Assembly: GCF_001949145.1 (NCBI RefSeq)
Contig: NW_019091359.1
Coordinates: 400,021-464,020, forward strand
Direction of reading: 5' to 3'
From: Acanthaster planci
Taxonomy: Eukaryota
Length of the DNA stretch: 64,000 nt
Positions 40,906 through 55,900 of the stretch are shown piece by piece. Under the pieces are notes generated by a model. That model did no database searches. It was not told the origin of the DNA and was given only the letters and a program-made list of their open reading frames with translations. Positions within the stretch are counted from its first letter, which is position 1. Each line of letters starts with the position of its first letter. A program made the translations under genes and the position numbers.

Positions 40906-42995
40906 CAAACGTGCTCCATTCTCTCTTTAAAACACGGATATTTCAAGGCACGTGAGTGGCCAGAACATTTTCCTGATTGTTAATTTTTAAAGTAAATCGG
41001 CTTGTGTAATATTCACCCGCCACGTAGAAAACTGAAATAGGTCAATAAATATCGCAAAGACGCCCTCGTAACATCTAGAGAGATAATAGGCTGAATGTCA
41101 TTCAAGTTATTGTGTTTGGCAAACTCGAAAGTGAAAAATAATACGTTCAGTGGGGAAATGGAATCCGTATCAAAAATATAACAAAGAAGTTGGAATTTGT
41201 CTATTTTATTGAACGATGAAATGCTTAATTTTTAAAGATGCACTCCATCGTGATCAACTGAAATAACGGCATTCTAGTTCCTTTCAATTTTTCAAGTACA
41301 TGTACCTGCTGGAGAGATGCATGTTTATACATTGGCATCGCAGGAAATGCATTATAAATTTTGCCTGTGCCCATGTACGCCCGCACGTTAATCCAAGCCA
41401 TTTATGCAATTAAAGTTTTCAAATGAATTATTAACTTGAATTGTGTACCTTTTGTAAGAACTCGAGCGTGGCTAGAATTTTGTGGTTGCTATTAATGATG
41501 AATGTTGACCGCACAGAAATACGGCCTTTAGTTGACTTTGTTTTCCGGATATCTTTTAAATGTTGACGGGAATCGACAGCAGATTTATCGATTTTTGATG
41601 GGAAATTGGAGGTAGAATTTTCCAGTGTCTTTATTCATTTATGCTTTCATTCAATTTTCATTATTCGATTTCAATTCGCATACAGTTACCTGGTGATTAT
41701 TCGATATCAGTTCACAGTTGCTTGTGATTTACCATACAGTCTTCTGAGACGTTCGGTGTCAGACATTTTGTAGGCGTCGAGGTTTCCTTGTTAAATCAAA
41801 TTTTCTTGAAGGAAGTCTGTGGAAGTTTCGCCATATTATCAATTTTCCAACATGTAATACTTTTGAAAATAGCATTCGTTGGTTATTTGGACAAAAACAT
41901 GTTGCCCAATTTCAAGAAATTTCTAGGCACAACACCGACGTGGCCATTTTATGCCGCATCCACTTGGCTCAGATAGTGAAAATGCAATGAATACATGTAC
42001 ATAATGTTGCTTAATACGTCATGAATATAGGTCTGTGTAAACAGTTAACTGTTTATGACCCATTCAGAAATCCTAGTTGCTTTTGTGAAACAAAGAAATT
42101 AGGTTTTATGTCTTGTAAATGATATGTGCAATATAACGGGATATTATCACGAAAATTAAGACGGGTGAAGCACAAGATCAGTAGTTATTGGTAAAAACCG
42201 GTTTCTGATTTCCTAATAATTCATATACAATCACTCCGAAAGGTTATGGTTGGTGACAGTTAACTCAAGGCGTGTGCCTGCTGACGTGTCAGCGAAGAAG
42301 TTGAAGGTTGGAATTAAGGAAAGGAAGTTTAACGGCGTTGCAACGAAACTTGGCCGTCTCTAGGCGGTACGAGCCCCGGGAGCAAGGAGCGTTCCGCCGT
42401 GGCCGAGCCAGCGTGAAAGGGGGCCTGAGGGCTTGGCACGTTGAGTAATCATAAAGAGATGCCATGGGCGCGATAGACGTCGGGGTTAACTGTCCATGTG
42501 CATTACCATCAGAACACGGCAGGGAGCATGTGTCATTGTCGTATGTAAGCTGCTAACCCCAGCGTTCTGACACCCCCTCCCCCCAAAAAATTGTTTTTCT
42601 GCGATTGTATTTCACATTTTTGAAGTGGAAGCCATCTGACGCTGAGAGACGTATCACACTTCACTGTTTTCAGACTTAATCTTTTTCCAGTCTTCAACAC
42701 AGAGTCGAGACACTTCCTTCAGCTAACGTGATCTTTTTTTTTTCAGAGAGAAACAAAAAGGGCCCATTTACGTGTACCGTAGGCCTAGGGCGCCATGTGT
42801 TCATAAGTCCCTCACTCCATCTAAGGCACCGTCACTGAATTTATGGCGCTGCGTGGAAAGCGCCCAGAGCGTCGAATTTCATGTTGACGCTAAACTCGTG
42901 CTAAGCAAGCCAGGCCAAAACTGGTATGAACTCCGACACTCTGTACTTACAAACTTTGCGTGCAAGTTGTGCAAAATGTAATGTATATACATGTA

Positions 42996-43322
42996 CACTG
43001 CAAAATGTTTCTGACTTAATTGTAAATTGTAAATGTTGACTGTAAATGTTTCAATGCTTTCCTGGTAACACTTTAAGAACAAGTTGCGGTGTTAATAATC
43101 CACAGCTGAACACGCCGTGGTGTTTATTTTTGATACAAATACGTGTTGAAGTGTTAATAAATTCAGAAACAATGGCACATTTGAGTGTTAATAACAAGAC
43201 AAACATGTTTATCGATCGTTAACACTGTTTGAATCCCAAAACACACTTTTATTTCCTAAAAGATGTTTGATTTTAAACGGCTAGATGCTTACAAACATAA
43301 AGACGCGGTTTTAATGGGCATT
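42996..43322. mobile_element. CACTG/EnSpm-like MITE, copy 2 (inverted relative to 257-605)
   Basis: Starts TA|cactgcaaaa. 43058-43322 is a diverged reverse complement of about 270-555. Confidence 0.72.
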
Positions 43323-45239
43323 TATGATAGAGATGAAATAGAAATTTCTCTACATTTTATCAGAAAACCCCTTTCCATAACAGCTGTTGGAAGTGAAATT
43401 AGATGGAGTGGATGAGACATGCAATTGTAAATCACTTCACATCGGAGGACCTGTAAACACGCAACAATTAACCTTGATTAACAAATGCAAAAAGGATTAC
43501 GATCTTTCCAATGGTGACCCCTTAAGAGGGTTTTATATTATTGTATAAATTCATCAAGTAATGCAGAAAATAAATGCACAACTTCAACAACTTTAAAGTA
43601 GAACAAATCAACAGTCATTTGAAAGGAATTTTGCACAGTGACCGTGTGCATAATGTTGCGCCCGCCCCTTTTGTCATAGGCCTATGGCTATAGGATTTGA
43701 TTATCCAATAGGCCATGTAGGCACTGCGCCCAGGGTCTCTGAAAAACTGGGATTCATAGATTACGAAACATTGTAGGGGCCAGTATCAAAATACAGCAGT
43801 GTTCCATGTCAGTCCTCTGTGGAACTATCAGATTTATTTTTAAAAGGGACTTTCCAGATCTCTGTCTATGCTTTTGTCGGCGTATTTGTAATTTACATAG
43901 CTTGCCCTGGGTATTTGTTAATTGAACAGAATGATATTGGGTCCTGTGTTTGACCTGGGTTGCCAAACTGAATATCAACCCCTTTTAAACCATTGTCACT
44001 ATCCCAATTTTGCTTTTCAGATCTCCATCCCCTTACAATCTGCCACTCTGAGACCAGGCAACGGTTACACCTGCACCCTTCCTGACAGATATTGAATAGC
44101 AAATGAGATATACGCCGTTCAAAAATCGTTCCAGTTATCTTGTTTGTCAATCCGTGGGAGACTGGGGCGGAGAAATATTCCTCTTCCCTACTTTTTAAGT
44201 GGAGGATATCCTTTTGTTTATCATCACTTAGGGGGCCTATATACATAATTTTGAAAAAGAAAGATTATTTGAAAATGAAATTCATCTTGCAAAAGTGTTT
44301 GCTAAAAAGTGGTAAAAACTGCCCCAGATCACAACTCAGAGAAGCCAAACTTTTCCTCTAAGCCTGCGCCGTTAGGACGTCGCACTAGCCTTAGTTCTGA
44401 TGAAGGTTGTGCCCCCCAAACGCTTTTGAAAAGCAATTGGTGCCCTTGATGGTCACAAGGTGTACTGTGACAGGGTCGTCGAGTTATGCAAAATAATGCT
44501 GACTTTTGAACTGCGGGAAAATGCGAAATACCATTTTGTTTAATTTTCTTTAAAGTTTACTTTTTCAGTATCAACGATATGAACAAATTCAACTGTCTTG
44601 TCGTAGATCAACAAAGAAACACCCAGGTACAGAATGGGTCAAAGCAAAAACGAGAAACTGTTCCATTTTGTATGAAGAAGTATTATAATGCTGGGGCTTC
44701 TTCTTAATGGGTGTCATTCAATTTTATTCTATGAATAATGATGTTAGTTTGAATAAACAAGAACGTTTAGGAATCGAAAATGAGTGTGAATTTAACACAG
44801 TGACGTTTTACATGTATAAGGAGTTCATTAGTCCAGAGCGTGGTCTTTTTCACTAGTTTGCATTGTTTTTATATCGGGCATTATTATGAGCTGTGTTGCC
44901 ACGTGGATATATTTGTAATGGATGTTATGATGAAAGGTTCTTTATAGCTAAACCGCTAATCAAATGTTTGTGTGCGTAAGCACTATTTTGACGTCATCAA
45001 TTTTATGCAGTGACTTCAACCAATCCGACCTTTCCATTTCGAAGCCTGGTCACACCCACGGTTTCACCTAGGCCATGGGGGTTCAAAATCTGGCCGGACG
45101 GTCTTCATTCAATCAATCCACAACCACGAAAGTGAAAAGGCATGCGGGAGGCCAGCAACAGATCAAGATTCGTCATCCATTTTCAGAACGAATTAGACCT
45201 GAAATACTCCAGACATTGGTTATTTACGGTACTCCTATC

Positions 45240-45950
45240 CTGCTCCGGCCTGATAGAGTGCCGTGTCGTGTGTACCCGTTGTCTCTTGTGCTTGTCCTCC
45301 ACAACTGCTCCCGCGCAAACATGTTGCCACGGCTACCCCTCTGCCGCCACGCGCCAAACTACTTTCAGATGGCGCGGAAGTTTCCCGCGTATCACCTGAC
45401 GTGTGACAAGCACATCTGTCAACACCTCCCCTCTCCCGCCGGCCCGAGTCTCTATCAACCTAAAGAAGAGGGGAAATTTTTTGTCGATTGACGGCCTGAC
45501 TAGGGGAAGCAGCACAGGAAATTCTTGACCAAACTCCTTTCATAACATGCATGTGAGGAGAACCTGTTCATATTTGAAGTGCCGGTTCCCCTCTCTTCCC
45601 TGCCCGCGCGGCTCTCGGGTACGCGCGTTAGAGGTTATTATGCCCCCCCCCCACCGATCTGTCAGTCACTCTCGGAGAACCTTACGGGGGGAAGCTTGTT
45701 GCAAAATACACCAGGCATGTTGGCTGGAGATGTGGCGGCCTCATGAGGCCCGACCTTTAGGTAGTCTCTTAGGCAGCTCAACTTGAGTAAATGTTGTCAC
45801 AGGACGGGGTCTGACGAGTGAGCGGGCGTGCATCGCGCTGACTGGCATCGGGACAAGACGTGGGGGGTCGGTCCCCCCTCAGAGGGCTGGAACGTGAGAA
45901 GGCAGGAACTGACGAGTCTCAGCGATAGAGACTTGAACAATGGCCGGCAA
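45240..45950. promoter_or_regulatory. GC/CpG-rich non-coding block, candidate cis-regulatory module
   Basis: CpG-rich with no credible ORF; contains the 14-bp palindrome ggcctcatgaggcc (45737-45750). Confidence 0.3.
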
Positions 45951-48900
45951 AATTGACTGTGATGGAATCTTTTCATCTCGACATTTTCTGGGCAATTGAT
46001 CATTATAGTGTTACGGTAAAAACAAAGTTGGATACCCCGGTGTGAAATTGGTTTGTCACTTTCTACCTGTACTAAAGAGCAAGAACACGTATCTTTAACT
46101 CAACAAATAATTGACTATATTGTTTGTATCCCATACGATGCTCCAAAAAAGATAACAATAGTCATCTTAACAGCATAAAAATCATGAAATTGGTTTTGTG
46201 TCACGGTTTGGTTTTCAGGAACAATGCGCAAAGATCAGCCTCAAGTGGAAATAATGCATTGAATTTCAATGACTGGAAATTTGGCTTACCCAGCCCTTAA
46301 CATGCAGGCTATGCCCATTATGTAGCTGCAAACATTTAAACCTTGAGATTCGGGTCTAAAGACCAACCGAAAAAAGGCCACTTATTGCCAAGTAAAATCA
46401 AGTTCATTAATTTGTCTACGAAGCCTTCTACCCAGAACAAAACGTTCATTCATTAAATCTGCCTTCTTTTTACAACTCTGTGGGGTTCCTTCTTCGAATA
46501 ATTCAAGGCCAATCGAATGACAGTTCATGATTCACTAGCAATAAAAGCGGCTAATGGTTCATCCTCCGATATCATGGCGGAAAAAAAACAAAGGTGTTGA
46601 GCTGTCCATAACAGATTAGGCCAAGAAAGCAAACCTCCCCATCCTCTTCCGCCATAGAGCTGCTGTCTCTCACCAATCTGTTTAGTGATTAGGGGGTTCT
46701 TCGATTGATCAAATACCGCTGTCACGGTCGCTTCCCCCCCCCCTCTTTTTGTCCCTTCTTGTGACGACGTTTTCTCCTTCGCAACCCCTTCATGCACGAA
46801 ACATTCATTGCCTCGACTTGACTGTCGACACCCGACTCAGCTTGTCTCCACAGCACGCCGCTTTATGGGTCGGCAAGTAAACAATGCTTGCAGAAAAAAG
46901 TACTGGCCTGCTTACAGGAAATAGGGAAATGCCAATCTCACTTTGTAACCATTCGGATCTCGGCTGAATGAAATTAGAAATCCTTTCAAACCCAGCAACG
47001 AAGTAACGTCTTATTTCAAATGGGGCTTCCTTTTCAAGGATCGGTCGTTAGCCGCTTCGGAAACAAAACAATCGTCACTCAGTGCCAAAGTTGAAAATGA
47101 AGGTGTTGCGCAAACCACCTGAGCCTTGCAGCATGGCACGACCTGCCGGCACATGTGTATCGTGTAATGTGTAGACGGGGTACGCGACCGGTGCTTTGTT
47201 GCGAGCGCACAGCCTTCCCTTGTGAAAAGGCAAATCGGGGCAATTAATTAGCTGCTTAAAATCATCCGCTCTGGCCGCACTGAGTTAGCCCTGGTTGCGG
47301 GAGCGCCACTGAGTCGGCAGAGGAGAAGGCAGAAGAAGCCGAATATTAGATCAGAGCGAATGGAAACACAGTATTTCCGCAGAGTGTGAAAAACACGAGG
47401 GCCTTCCGTTGTGCTTAATGGTCAGGGCAGTATGCCTCCGGCTATCCAGAAGGTAAGCTTGCAAAGATTGAAAGGATCATCATGCTGCTTCATTAATAGA
47501 GAATGAGTGGTCTAATTTGAGTGTTCACTTAAATTATTTGTACTTTTAGAGTAAAAAGAAAGCAGCTGATGAAAAAGCACATGCTGTCTGTGAGCAAATG
47601 AATATTGTATGTCGGACTTATTATTTGACTACTGTACACATCTCAATTAAAATTTCCACCATGAGTCACACCAGCCAGGCTTTTTCCGCGCTATTTTGTC
47701 TTTGTCGTTGAAATTTTCAGCTGGTAAAAATAAGACAAAGCTCAACTTCTCCTTTTCCAAATCTTTTTTTTCCTTTCAACTAAACCGAAATTGAGTAAAC
47801 TCTTGTTTGTATGTCCCTTTGCTTTCATATTTGTTCTCACCGACTCAACTCCAAGAGTGTGGCTGCATCATACGAGTTCACAATATACCACCTGGTGCCT
47901 TACAAGTTACAATCAAAGAGGCACCGGACTGAATCATTTCTGAGTTTCTTACTGATTATTCGAAGAGTTGCGCTGAAGCAGCAAATATGAGTGTTCTTTA
48001 AAGTCAAGTACCAGGGAATCAATTTTGTACTGGTGGCTCGATCTAAGGTTCTATATCGGCCAGTTTTGCCTGTCGGCTCGGTGCATCCAGAGCCGTGCTG
48101 TGGACAGTTGTTCGGATACGGAGATACCTTTGGGGTAGGGTGGCGCGAAAGATGTTTATGAATTCGGATTTCCAGAAAGGATCATCGTGCAAAACAAAAT
48201 TCCTATGCCGCATGTTGCAGTTGTCAGATAAGCATAAGTATCTAGACCCGGCTGGCGAGCGGGTCTCTGGAGGCTGCCCGAATTTAATGACGTCACGGAT
48301 GGACTGTTCGTGCATGGACATACATTATGGAACGTGGCGGGGACTGGACCTTTTTCCCAGAATGCCTTGGAAAACACACTGCAGCGTTCGATAAGCCTCA
48401 TTTTGAGGCTTCCCTTGAGTGTATTACTGGTGTGTTCAGGGAAGCTAATCGAACGCACCCTTTGTTAGCCAGGCTCTTTCTTTTAGACGCACCACCAGGC
48501 ACCACAAACGGTTACCCTGCTCGAGGTCTATCACCCTGATATCCTCCCTTGTTACAGCGCGCTTACCGCCTCCATGTGGTCCAGTTCCTTTGCTGCAACT
48601 TGCATCAAGACAAGTCGAAGCGAAATATCTACAGCCGCCGAAGGTGCACCTGTTTTTTTCCCACGGCTTGGTTTGATGACACAGACTCACTGAGTGCCTC
48701 AGGGTTATCACTCAAAGATCCCAGCAAAATGAACTTCTCGCTCTCTCGTACCGTACCTCTTCAAAGCTCACCTACCCCAAGCCCTATACCCCTCAGAGGT
48801 CTGCAAGCGCTCTATCATCGACTCTGGCTAGGTAATCTGTTTGAGCGACCATGTCCTCTGAGGCCTGTCTCACTCTATAACGTCGCATTCCATGAGCATT

Positions 48901-49220
48901 AACCATTCGAAGCTCATACCACCATCAAGGAGCACAGGTCGCGACACCGACCTTCCTTATGTTCCATATCCACCCATTTCTTTCTCCTTGTTTTATCCAA
49001 GACTTATCATGCTGAGGGACTGAGAATCATAAAAATATATTGTCACAAAACTCATTTGAAGCTTCAAATCTACTGAAGAAAGTTACATTTTCTGTCTGTC
49101 GGTTGCAGGAGTTACCATCTTTGATCTTTTGAATCCACCTCGCGTGCAGGATTCGTTAATTAAAATGCGACCTAGAACCGCCATCAACACGTCGGAACAG
49201 GGATCCCAATCTATCTGCGC

Positions 49221-49369
49221 CATCGCCAGGGGCGTATCCAGCTTTTGCTGTCAGGGGGCAAATTCAAAAGCGAATGCAGCTTCAGGCTTATTCAACATGA
49301 TGTTGGGGGAGAAAAAATATCGTAAGCCTTACTCAAAAATCCATCGGGTTGGGGGCGGTCCCGCCACTG
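49221..49369. mobile_element. Degenerate hAT-type MITE (CAGKGGCG termini)
   Basis: caggggcg at 49227 and cgccactg ending at 49369. Candidate TSD atctgcgc (49213-49220) / atctgtgc (49370-49377), offset by 6 nt on the left. Confidence 0.5.
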
Positions 49370-49429
49370 ATCTGTGCGAAACAAACAGGACCATTATACC
49401 CATGCAAAAAAGCCCGATCTGCGTGCACT

Positions 49430-49590
49430 GTGTTTGACGCACGCGTCTGGTTGATGGTTTAGGCCTTTGGCAAGATGCGTTAGTCGTTTGTTGTCTGCGC
49501 ATTTTAAGGGGTATAAGGTATGGGTCCGTTTTCCAACGTTGCACAGTGTGACGTCTGGTGCAAAAATGAAAAAAAAAATTTGAACCCATC
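49430..49590 (-). pseudogene. Possible THAP relic
   Basis: DGFKFF..PD..QRW..KMRRQ..KPSTRRV-(C)VKH across frames of and next to ORF 49329-49661. Confidence 0.38.
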
Positions 49591-52500
49591 TTTATTGCGT
49601 TTATTATGGAAATTAAACGACTAATTTTGTTTCTATATTTCAAAGAGGTTCGAGAACCCAAAAGACTTTACAAGTTGTCATATCTTCCAGTACAGCTTTA
49701 AGTTGGAGGAAGGTGAGGAATCCACGTGTACGAGTTTGCACAAATGGATTGACAATCATTCTGACGACCGCCTTGCACAACATTTGAGGGCTCTGTTCCG
49801 CACGAATGCGTAAAAAATTAAACGTTAAATTAAACACCGAGTTTGAACCAACCTTAAGAATGCGTATCATTCCAAATGGACACACTCCCAAAGACCACGT
49901 TGGGCACTCAATCTGAGAAATTTTCCTCAAATCAAAGTTCAGTGTTTTAACACCAAACAAATTCACAATCAGTGTTACTGGTGGACAATCGATGGTACAA
50001 AATGTTCAACACAGTCCTAATACCAAAATGCAGATAAGCAATCTACGTGTATCTTGATATTTTCTTCAGTACCAAATCTCATCATCAACTCTGCCTTTTC
50101 GACTTGGAAAAAAAATCATTTGAAAGGAAACTGGGTCTTTGTTTTGACCAAACATGAGGCCATCAAAAAGAAGTCCAGATGCCCCAGTTGGCAGCCTGCG
50201 AATCCTACTCCTAGCCTCAGCTGGTCGGTGTGGCCCAGGTATTTAAATTGCCACATCGAGGCCTGATGGATGGTCACACCTTCCTCACCAACTATCCACA
50301 CGCCACAAGGTCGCCTCGTCTCCCCATTTGCGAGTCTCGGCGTGGCAGAAAGCTACGAGTTTCCCTCCTTCTGCGCATCCCCGTCATTAGGTTTTTTTTT
50401 TTTTTTTGCTTCAAACCGGTGAAGGTCGGTCCCGCATCACAGTGAGCATTTTGGCACGGACTTCCTTTAAACCTATGTACTTCTCTGCAATGTGTTCACG
50501 ATGCTTTAATCAAGAAATTTAGGAGACCCTGAACCTGTAAGACGTTTTGAGAAGAATTGAGATTGTTACAATAAAAATACTAGCCCTTAAATAAATAGTA
50601 CTAACAACGTACTTTATTGTGGGAATATTCTGTTATTCTGTTAAGCCATGGTTATCTCGAACTGGCCAGATTACGTCGCAAAGAGGTATAAACTCCAAGA
50701 CAACCCATCGATTAGTTTTACATCGATCAGTTTTTACAGCGTTCAATTGGTGTTTTTCATAGATTGACTGATTAAAAATAACCGATGAAAAGAGATCGAT
50801 GAATTTACATCGATACCTACGATGAGCTATCCGATGCATGAAGTATTGGTGTACGTTTCGTACTAAAACCGAGATTTATTTGAGTTTTTTTGAACTCTGT
50901 GTTTTCCCTCAAAGATGGGGGTCCGTCAACCCAGGATGGATCAGTTTCTTCAGAACCAATTTGTTTTCCCCTTTTGGTTCTAGTTTTCCAAGTAGAACAT
51001 TTCCACTACTTTTTTGAGCATAAAGGGCCTATATGAACAAAAATACTTCTTTGTCAACATACTTCATACTTTCTCCATACCGTCCAAGAAACCCCAAGAC
51101 CATGGTGGGGTCGATCATTAAATAAAAAAGACAATTTTTAAATCACGCACTGTTTTTCATCAGAAACAAAATGGTTGTGGTACAAATCAGTATTACAAAT
51201 GCATTTAATTCGACAGTATTTTTAACATGACAGCCCTGACATTTAATTAATGACAGTCTTAGTGCGTAATTGAGTGTAGTATGTAGGACTTGCTATCTTC
51301 AATTGTACTTTTTGAGCAGAGTAATATTTTTCGTTTTATGGAAGCCTACAGAAGGTTGACAATGCCCTGCATGCCAGTGATTTTTTTGTGTGGATACAGC
51401 GCCAAACCTGTACCATTCAACTCCGTCGCCTAGTATTTGGCCCCCTGATCCTGCTCATATCATGCAGGTATGAGTTCTGATCCGGACGTTTGTCTCGAAA
51501 GGGCTGAAGCTTAACAAAGCAAGTCATGGAAAGCACAATATTTATTTTTAGTTTGGCACGCGACTCAGTCTGTCAGCACTTCTGGTTTCAGTCAGGTCCC
51601 CAAACCGTGCCGTATTGGTATTTGTCCTGAAGAACATGGAGATCGAGACGGACAGGCTTCGGGACGTCTGTTTCTGGAAACAAAAAAAGGTCTGAACTTT
51701 TGTGACCTCAGTGTCCAAGAGACCAAGAATGACCAAACAGTTCCCGAGAAATTTTTACCGAAGCCCTGTCGCAAGAGAGCGAAAGGTCAACACCAACTAC
51801 GCGTGGCAAAAAAACGGGTCGTCACTTCCCGCTTTGGAATTGAGTTGCTACCTCACTTTTGGCGCGCTGCGGCGGGCTGGAGATGCGCTTGGTTGGGTGC
51901 TGATTGGGCGCGCGGATAAATATTGCACAATGAGATTTATCTTGAGGGCTCACGCTCCTTGGTTACTCCCGCCAAGGAAACTCCGGGAATACGGTGTCGT
52001 GCTTGAGCTCCTCTAGGGGACCGTTTTCCATGTTTTCCAGACAGATTAAATGCTTAGTTCACCCTCCATGCCACCACGTCCGTGTTTGTTTTACGAACAC
52101 GCTGTCACCGATCGAGACGAATGAACTTCAGAAATTGAATTTTACGCACTTTTGATGGCCGATAAATTTCCCAATTCTCCAGACATGCACGCCTTTCCCC
52201 ATTTCAAAAGAGACTTTGCCTGGTACCTTGAAATGAATTAGACTAGAGGGGTTGAGAAATGGCCTGTGGTGTAGAGTGGTCAATTGGTCACGTGTTCTCA
52301 ACGTTCCTGTGATGAAGACCATGCGTTTCCTCAGAAACAATAGAATATGTTTTCTACTATGATTCCATCTTTTAAGCATTGGGTTTGGTAAAAGACAGGA
52401 ATTCATTAATTACATTTTGAAAGTGTCAGTGAGATGAGAGATGACAATATTCTCTTCCGTTTCATACCTGCTGCGTAATCACGATTAGCGCTTATACGTT

Positions 52501-52738
52501 AAATACACACCGGATCGTTTCTGATTATGTTATGCACCTCTGTAGGCGGGGATCAACAACTTGTGGTGGGGTCGTGATTTTGAAAAGTCTGTCCCGCTTG
52601 CTATAACCCAGCCTTCTTGTTCAAACCTCCAACCAACCACTTTTGCATTAATGGTCATGCAGTGACGCACCAAGGAGTTGTCGTTGGGAGAGGGGAAATC
52701 GGCCCTGAATCCCGCTCCCCCTAAACAAAGCTCATAAT

Positions 52739-52928
52739 CAGTGGCGTAACTACGGGGGGGGGGGACGCGCCCCCCCGGAGGACTGTGCCCCTGGGTGCCC
52801 CCCCCCCATTTGAAATTTTGAAATTGACAAAAAATATGTCTACCTGGTTCAATTATTTTTAAGTGCCCTCTGAAAAAATGTGCACCCCCAGGTGCCCCCT
52901 CAGCTGTAGCCCCCTAGCTACGCCACTG
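52739..52928. mobile_element. 190-bp hAT-type MITE with 8-bp TSD
   Basis: TIR cagtggcgtaacta matches the reverse complement of tagctacgccactg at 13/14. TSD ctcataat (52731-52738) / ctcacaat (52929-52936). Internal GTGCCC sub-repeats and G/C runs. Confidence 0.9.
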
Positions 52929-55900
52929 CTCACAATGCTAAACCCCTAGCCTGCGCCGCATCAGGGGACTGGGGTGTACGACTATATCAGAGCTAGCAGT
53001 TTAAAGTGTAATTTAAGCTGGCTTAGTACAGAAGTCAAGTTCAAAAACTTAAGTGACCGAATCCTTCACAGAAAAAGTACTTTCCTGAAAAGATGCATCA
53101 CAGGGACAGGCTCTCATTATTTTGTCAGATTTGATATCATCGGAAAATTTGAAATGTTTCAAGAAGTGCAGTTTTTTCTCAAAAAGAGTAACTAAACAGA
53201 ATACATGTATCAAATAATTTTCATACATTCAAGAGCAGTACAGAAAATGGCAGGAAATAGTTGTAAAGGGCCCAGGTTATATTTAAGTCCTTGGCCTATC
53301 AAACTGCACAAAAGTTAACCAAAACTCAAACGGGTATTTGTATACAAAATTGGTACATTTCACAGACAAGTCAAATACCAGAAAAAGGAAAATGACGCTA
53401 CGGGACCGGTTGCTGTTTCTATTCGCTGCCTTAGCGTGTGGGTGTTAAAATCTGTACCCAAAGCCTCTGTGCAGAGAACTGCATTGCAAAAAACTGGAAG
53501 CGCTAGCGCAGGAAATGGATGCCTGCATCGTTAGTGTTGCCATAACTGTTTCATTGGCCCCACATTTGCCCTGATTCAAGGCAGGTGCGTCAGCCAAAGT
53601 ACGTCTATTCCCCTAAATGTTCCGCGACGTCGTTTGTCAGAACGAAGTACAGAGGCCATCAATCCATCTTTGTTTAGTCAAAACACCTGCAAATTTAAAG
53701 AAAAACACGAGCCAAGTCGAACTACCGGTCCCGAAACTTAGCCGTGGACAGGCGAATGCCTGCCAAAAGCGTGCTCCATTGAAGAGGCCATTTTTGAGTA
53801 GATACAGCTTCTAATCGAGCGAGTTCTTTGTCAAAACCGCCATTTCTGACCCAAAAAATGATTCTGGTCACAGCGATAGAGTGAAATTTCAATCTTAAAA
53901 ATAAAATAGAGACGGCGTTGATGACATTTAATAGTTATATATCAAAATGTATATAGCTGCGCAGAAATTCACAGAATAGGGTCACGAATTGTTATTCTGG
54001 CAAAGTCCCTCATCAGGAGCTCACTTAATAAAATTAAACTCAGTTACAAAGAGAAGCAGAGCCCAACAAGGTTACTGACGCAAATTGAAGTTCTCACTAC
54101 AAAGTTAATTTTTGTAATCAGTAATGATGACGTAGTTCACAGGACGAAATAGCGAAGGGCGGCGCAAACTCTCACGGTTAGGTGTAAACGGTGGGATGGT
54201 TTATCCCGCTAGTACAATGGGAATCCTCCATCAGATTCGTTCTACATCGGGCTCATTTTCTATTCTGTGGTACAAAATAAACAAAATGAAACCAATAAAA
54301 AATGTCTCCAGTTTCTTCTGGACTGGATCCCGCAATGACTATGCCGAAAACGGGTCCTCAGAGCTCAGTATCCGATCTATTTGTTTATACAGGCCCAGGA
54401 AAGATCTTTTCTATAGCACATGTAGCTTTTAATTAAAGATCGTAGAACTGCCCTGATACCGAATCGCACCAGAACGCCGCTTGTTACAACGCAGTGAAAC
54501 TCACCTTTGCAACGCCCTCTATGGGCTTGTATCAAACTAATTACAGTTGTGATTAAGACGACTCGGCTTGTGCAGTATATCGTCAAATTTTAATTTGTCC
54601 ATTTAGGTTCCAAAATTAGGCTAGGAAATTGTTAGAAATATATGTCATTTGGAAATATGTTTGTACCACATTATTTAACGCTTTTAACTTAAGCCTGTGT
54701 CAGTCTTAAGCTTATTCCCGTCGTCCCATTTTATATTTGTGAACTAGTTTCCAAATTATCAATTTACCCTCTAAATTTTACTCTGAGCAGCGTCCCCCCC
54801 GGCAACGTTACCGACTCCACTGCCTTTACTTCTACACTAGGGTAGATTCAGGGAAGGGGCAACAGGGGTAATCAGGCCCCAGCCCCTTACCCCCCCAAAA
54901 GGGACAAATTATAGAGCAAAAAATGTTTCTGGAAAAATAATGAGAGTAAGCGATTTGGGGTCTGTGTCATTTGCTCATCCATTCCAAAAAGCATGTTAGA
55001 AGCCCCTAAATATAGCCACTCCCCATCACCCCATATAGACCCAAAAAAGATAACAATGCCCCAAAAAATCCAAATTTTTTTGCCCCCCCCCAAAAAAAAA
55101 CTTCCCTTGCTTCTAACTCAACCCTAAGCACAAGGCAGTTTTCAACGAGGTCACGACAAATACCAACAGGTCTCCAATATTGTTGTTACTATCGGCAGGT
55201 TAAACAATTTGTTTATCACGGTGCGAGATCCCTAAAAAAAGCTAACTGTGTAGACCTCAGGATAAAGCAGAAACACGTCTGACCGGGGGAGCGCTCGACT
55301 TGCGGCAGGAATCATCCATTACCAAAGAACTCGCGCAGGGAACATTGCTAAACGGATGATGGGAAACGGAAATGTTCGTTCAATTTTCGAGACACGTCTG
55401 CATTTTGTCAGACGTCACACTTTGCACAGTGATCCCCCCGTCACAAGGAGGGAGGGCGGGGTCCGCGCTGCGCCGTGCTGCGCTGCGCGGTGAAGGCAAA
55501 GGCTCGGCAAGCACGAAAGGGGCTTTCGAACTTTGTAGTGAGTCGTTTGGTGTCATACATTTTCTTGTTCTTTGGTTGGCCAGAGTTTTAATTCAATTTT
55601 CAAACTAGTCTCATGCGTCAATCACTGCACTATGTCCTGTTCTGAGTGGGTTGTCTTGTTCGCTGAGTCTCGGGGACCCCAATGATAATGTTTTACATCA
55701 AAATGTCATTCGGCTGTATGATCTAATAAACAGCTGCTGTGTTTGATAACGAGTTACGCCGCCGAATGAGACTAATTTCTTTTGACACGTCTACTTAACA
55801 CTCCAATAGAAATACATTTTTGTTTGTTTTGGAGGTGCTTTTTTTTTCTTTTTTTTTTCTTTCTTACTGGAATTCCTGAGGGAATGGGCATGACTGTTAG

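Noticed and set aside
46866..46914. TACTGGCCTGCT, like the miR-193 5' end, in a weak hairpin
   Set aside because: The stem is only about 12 bp and the conserved 3' part of the mature sequence is missing.
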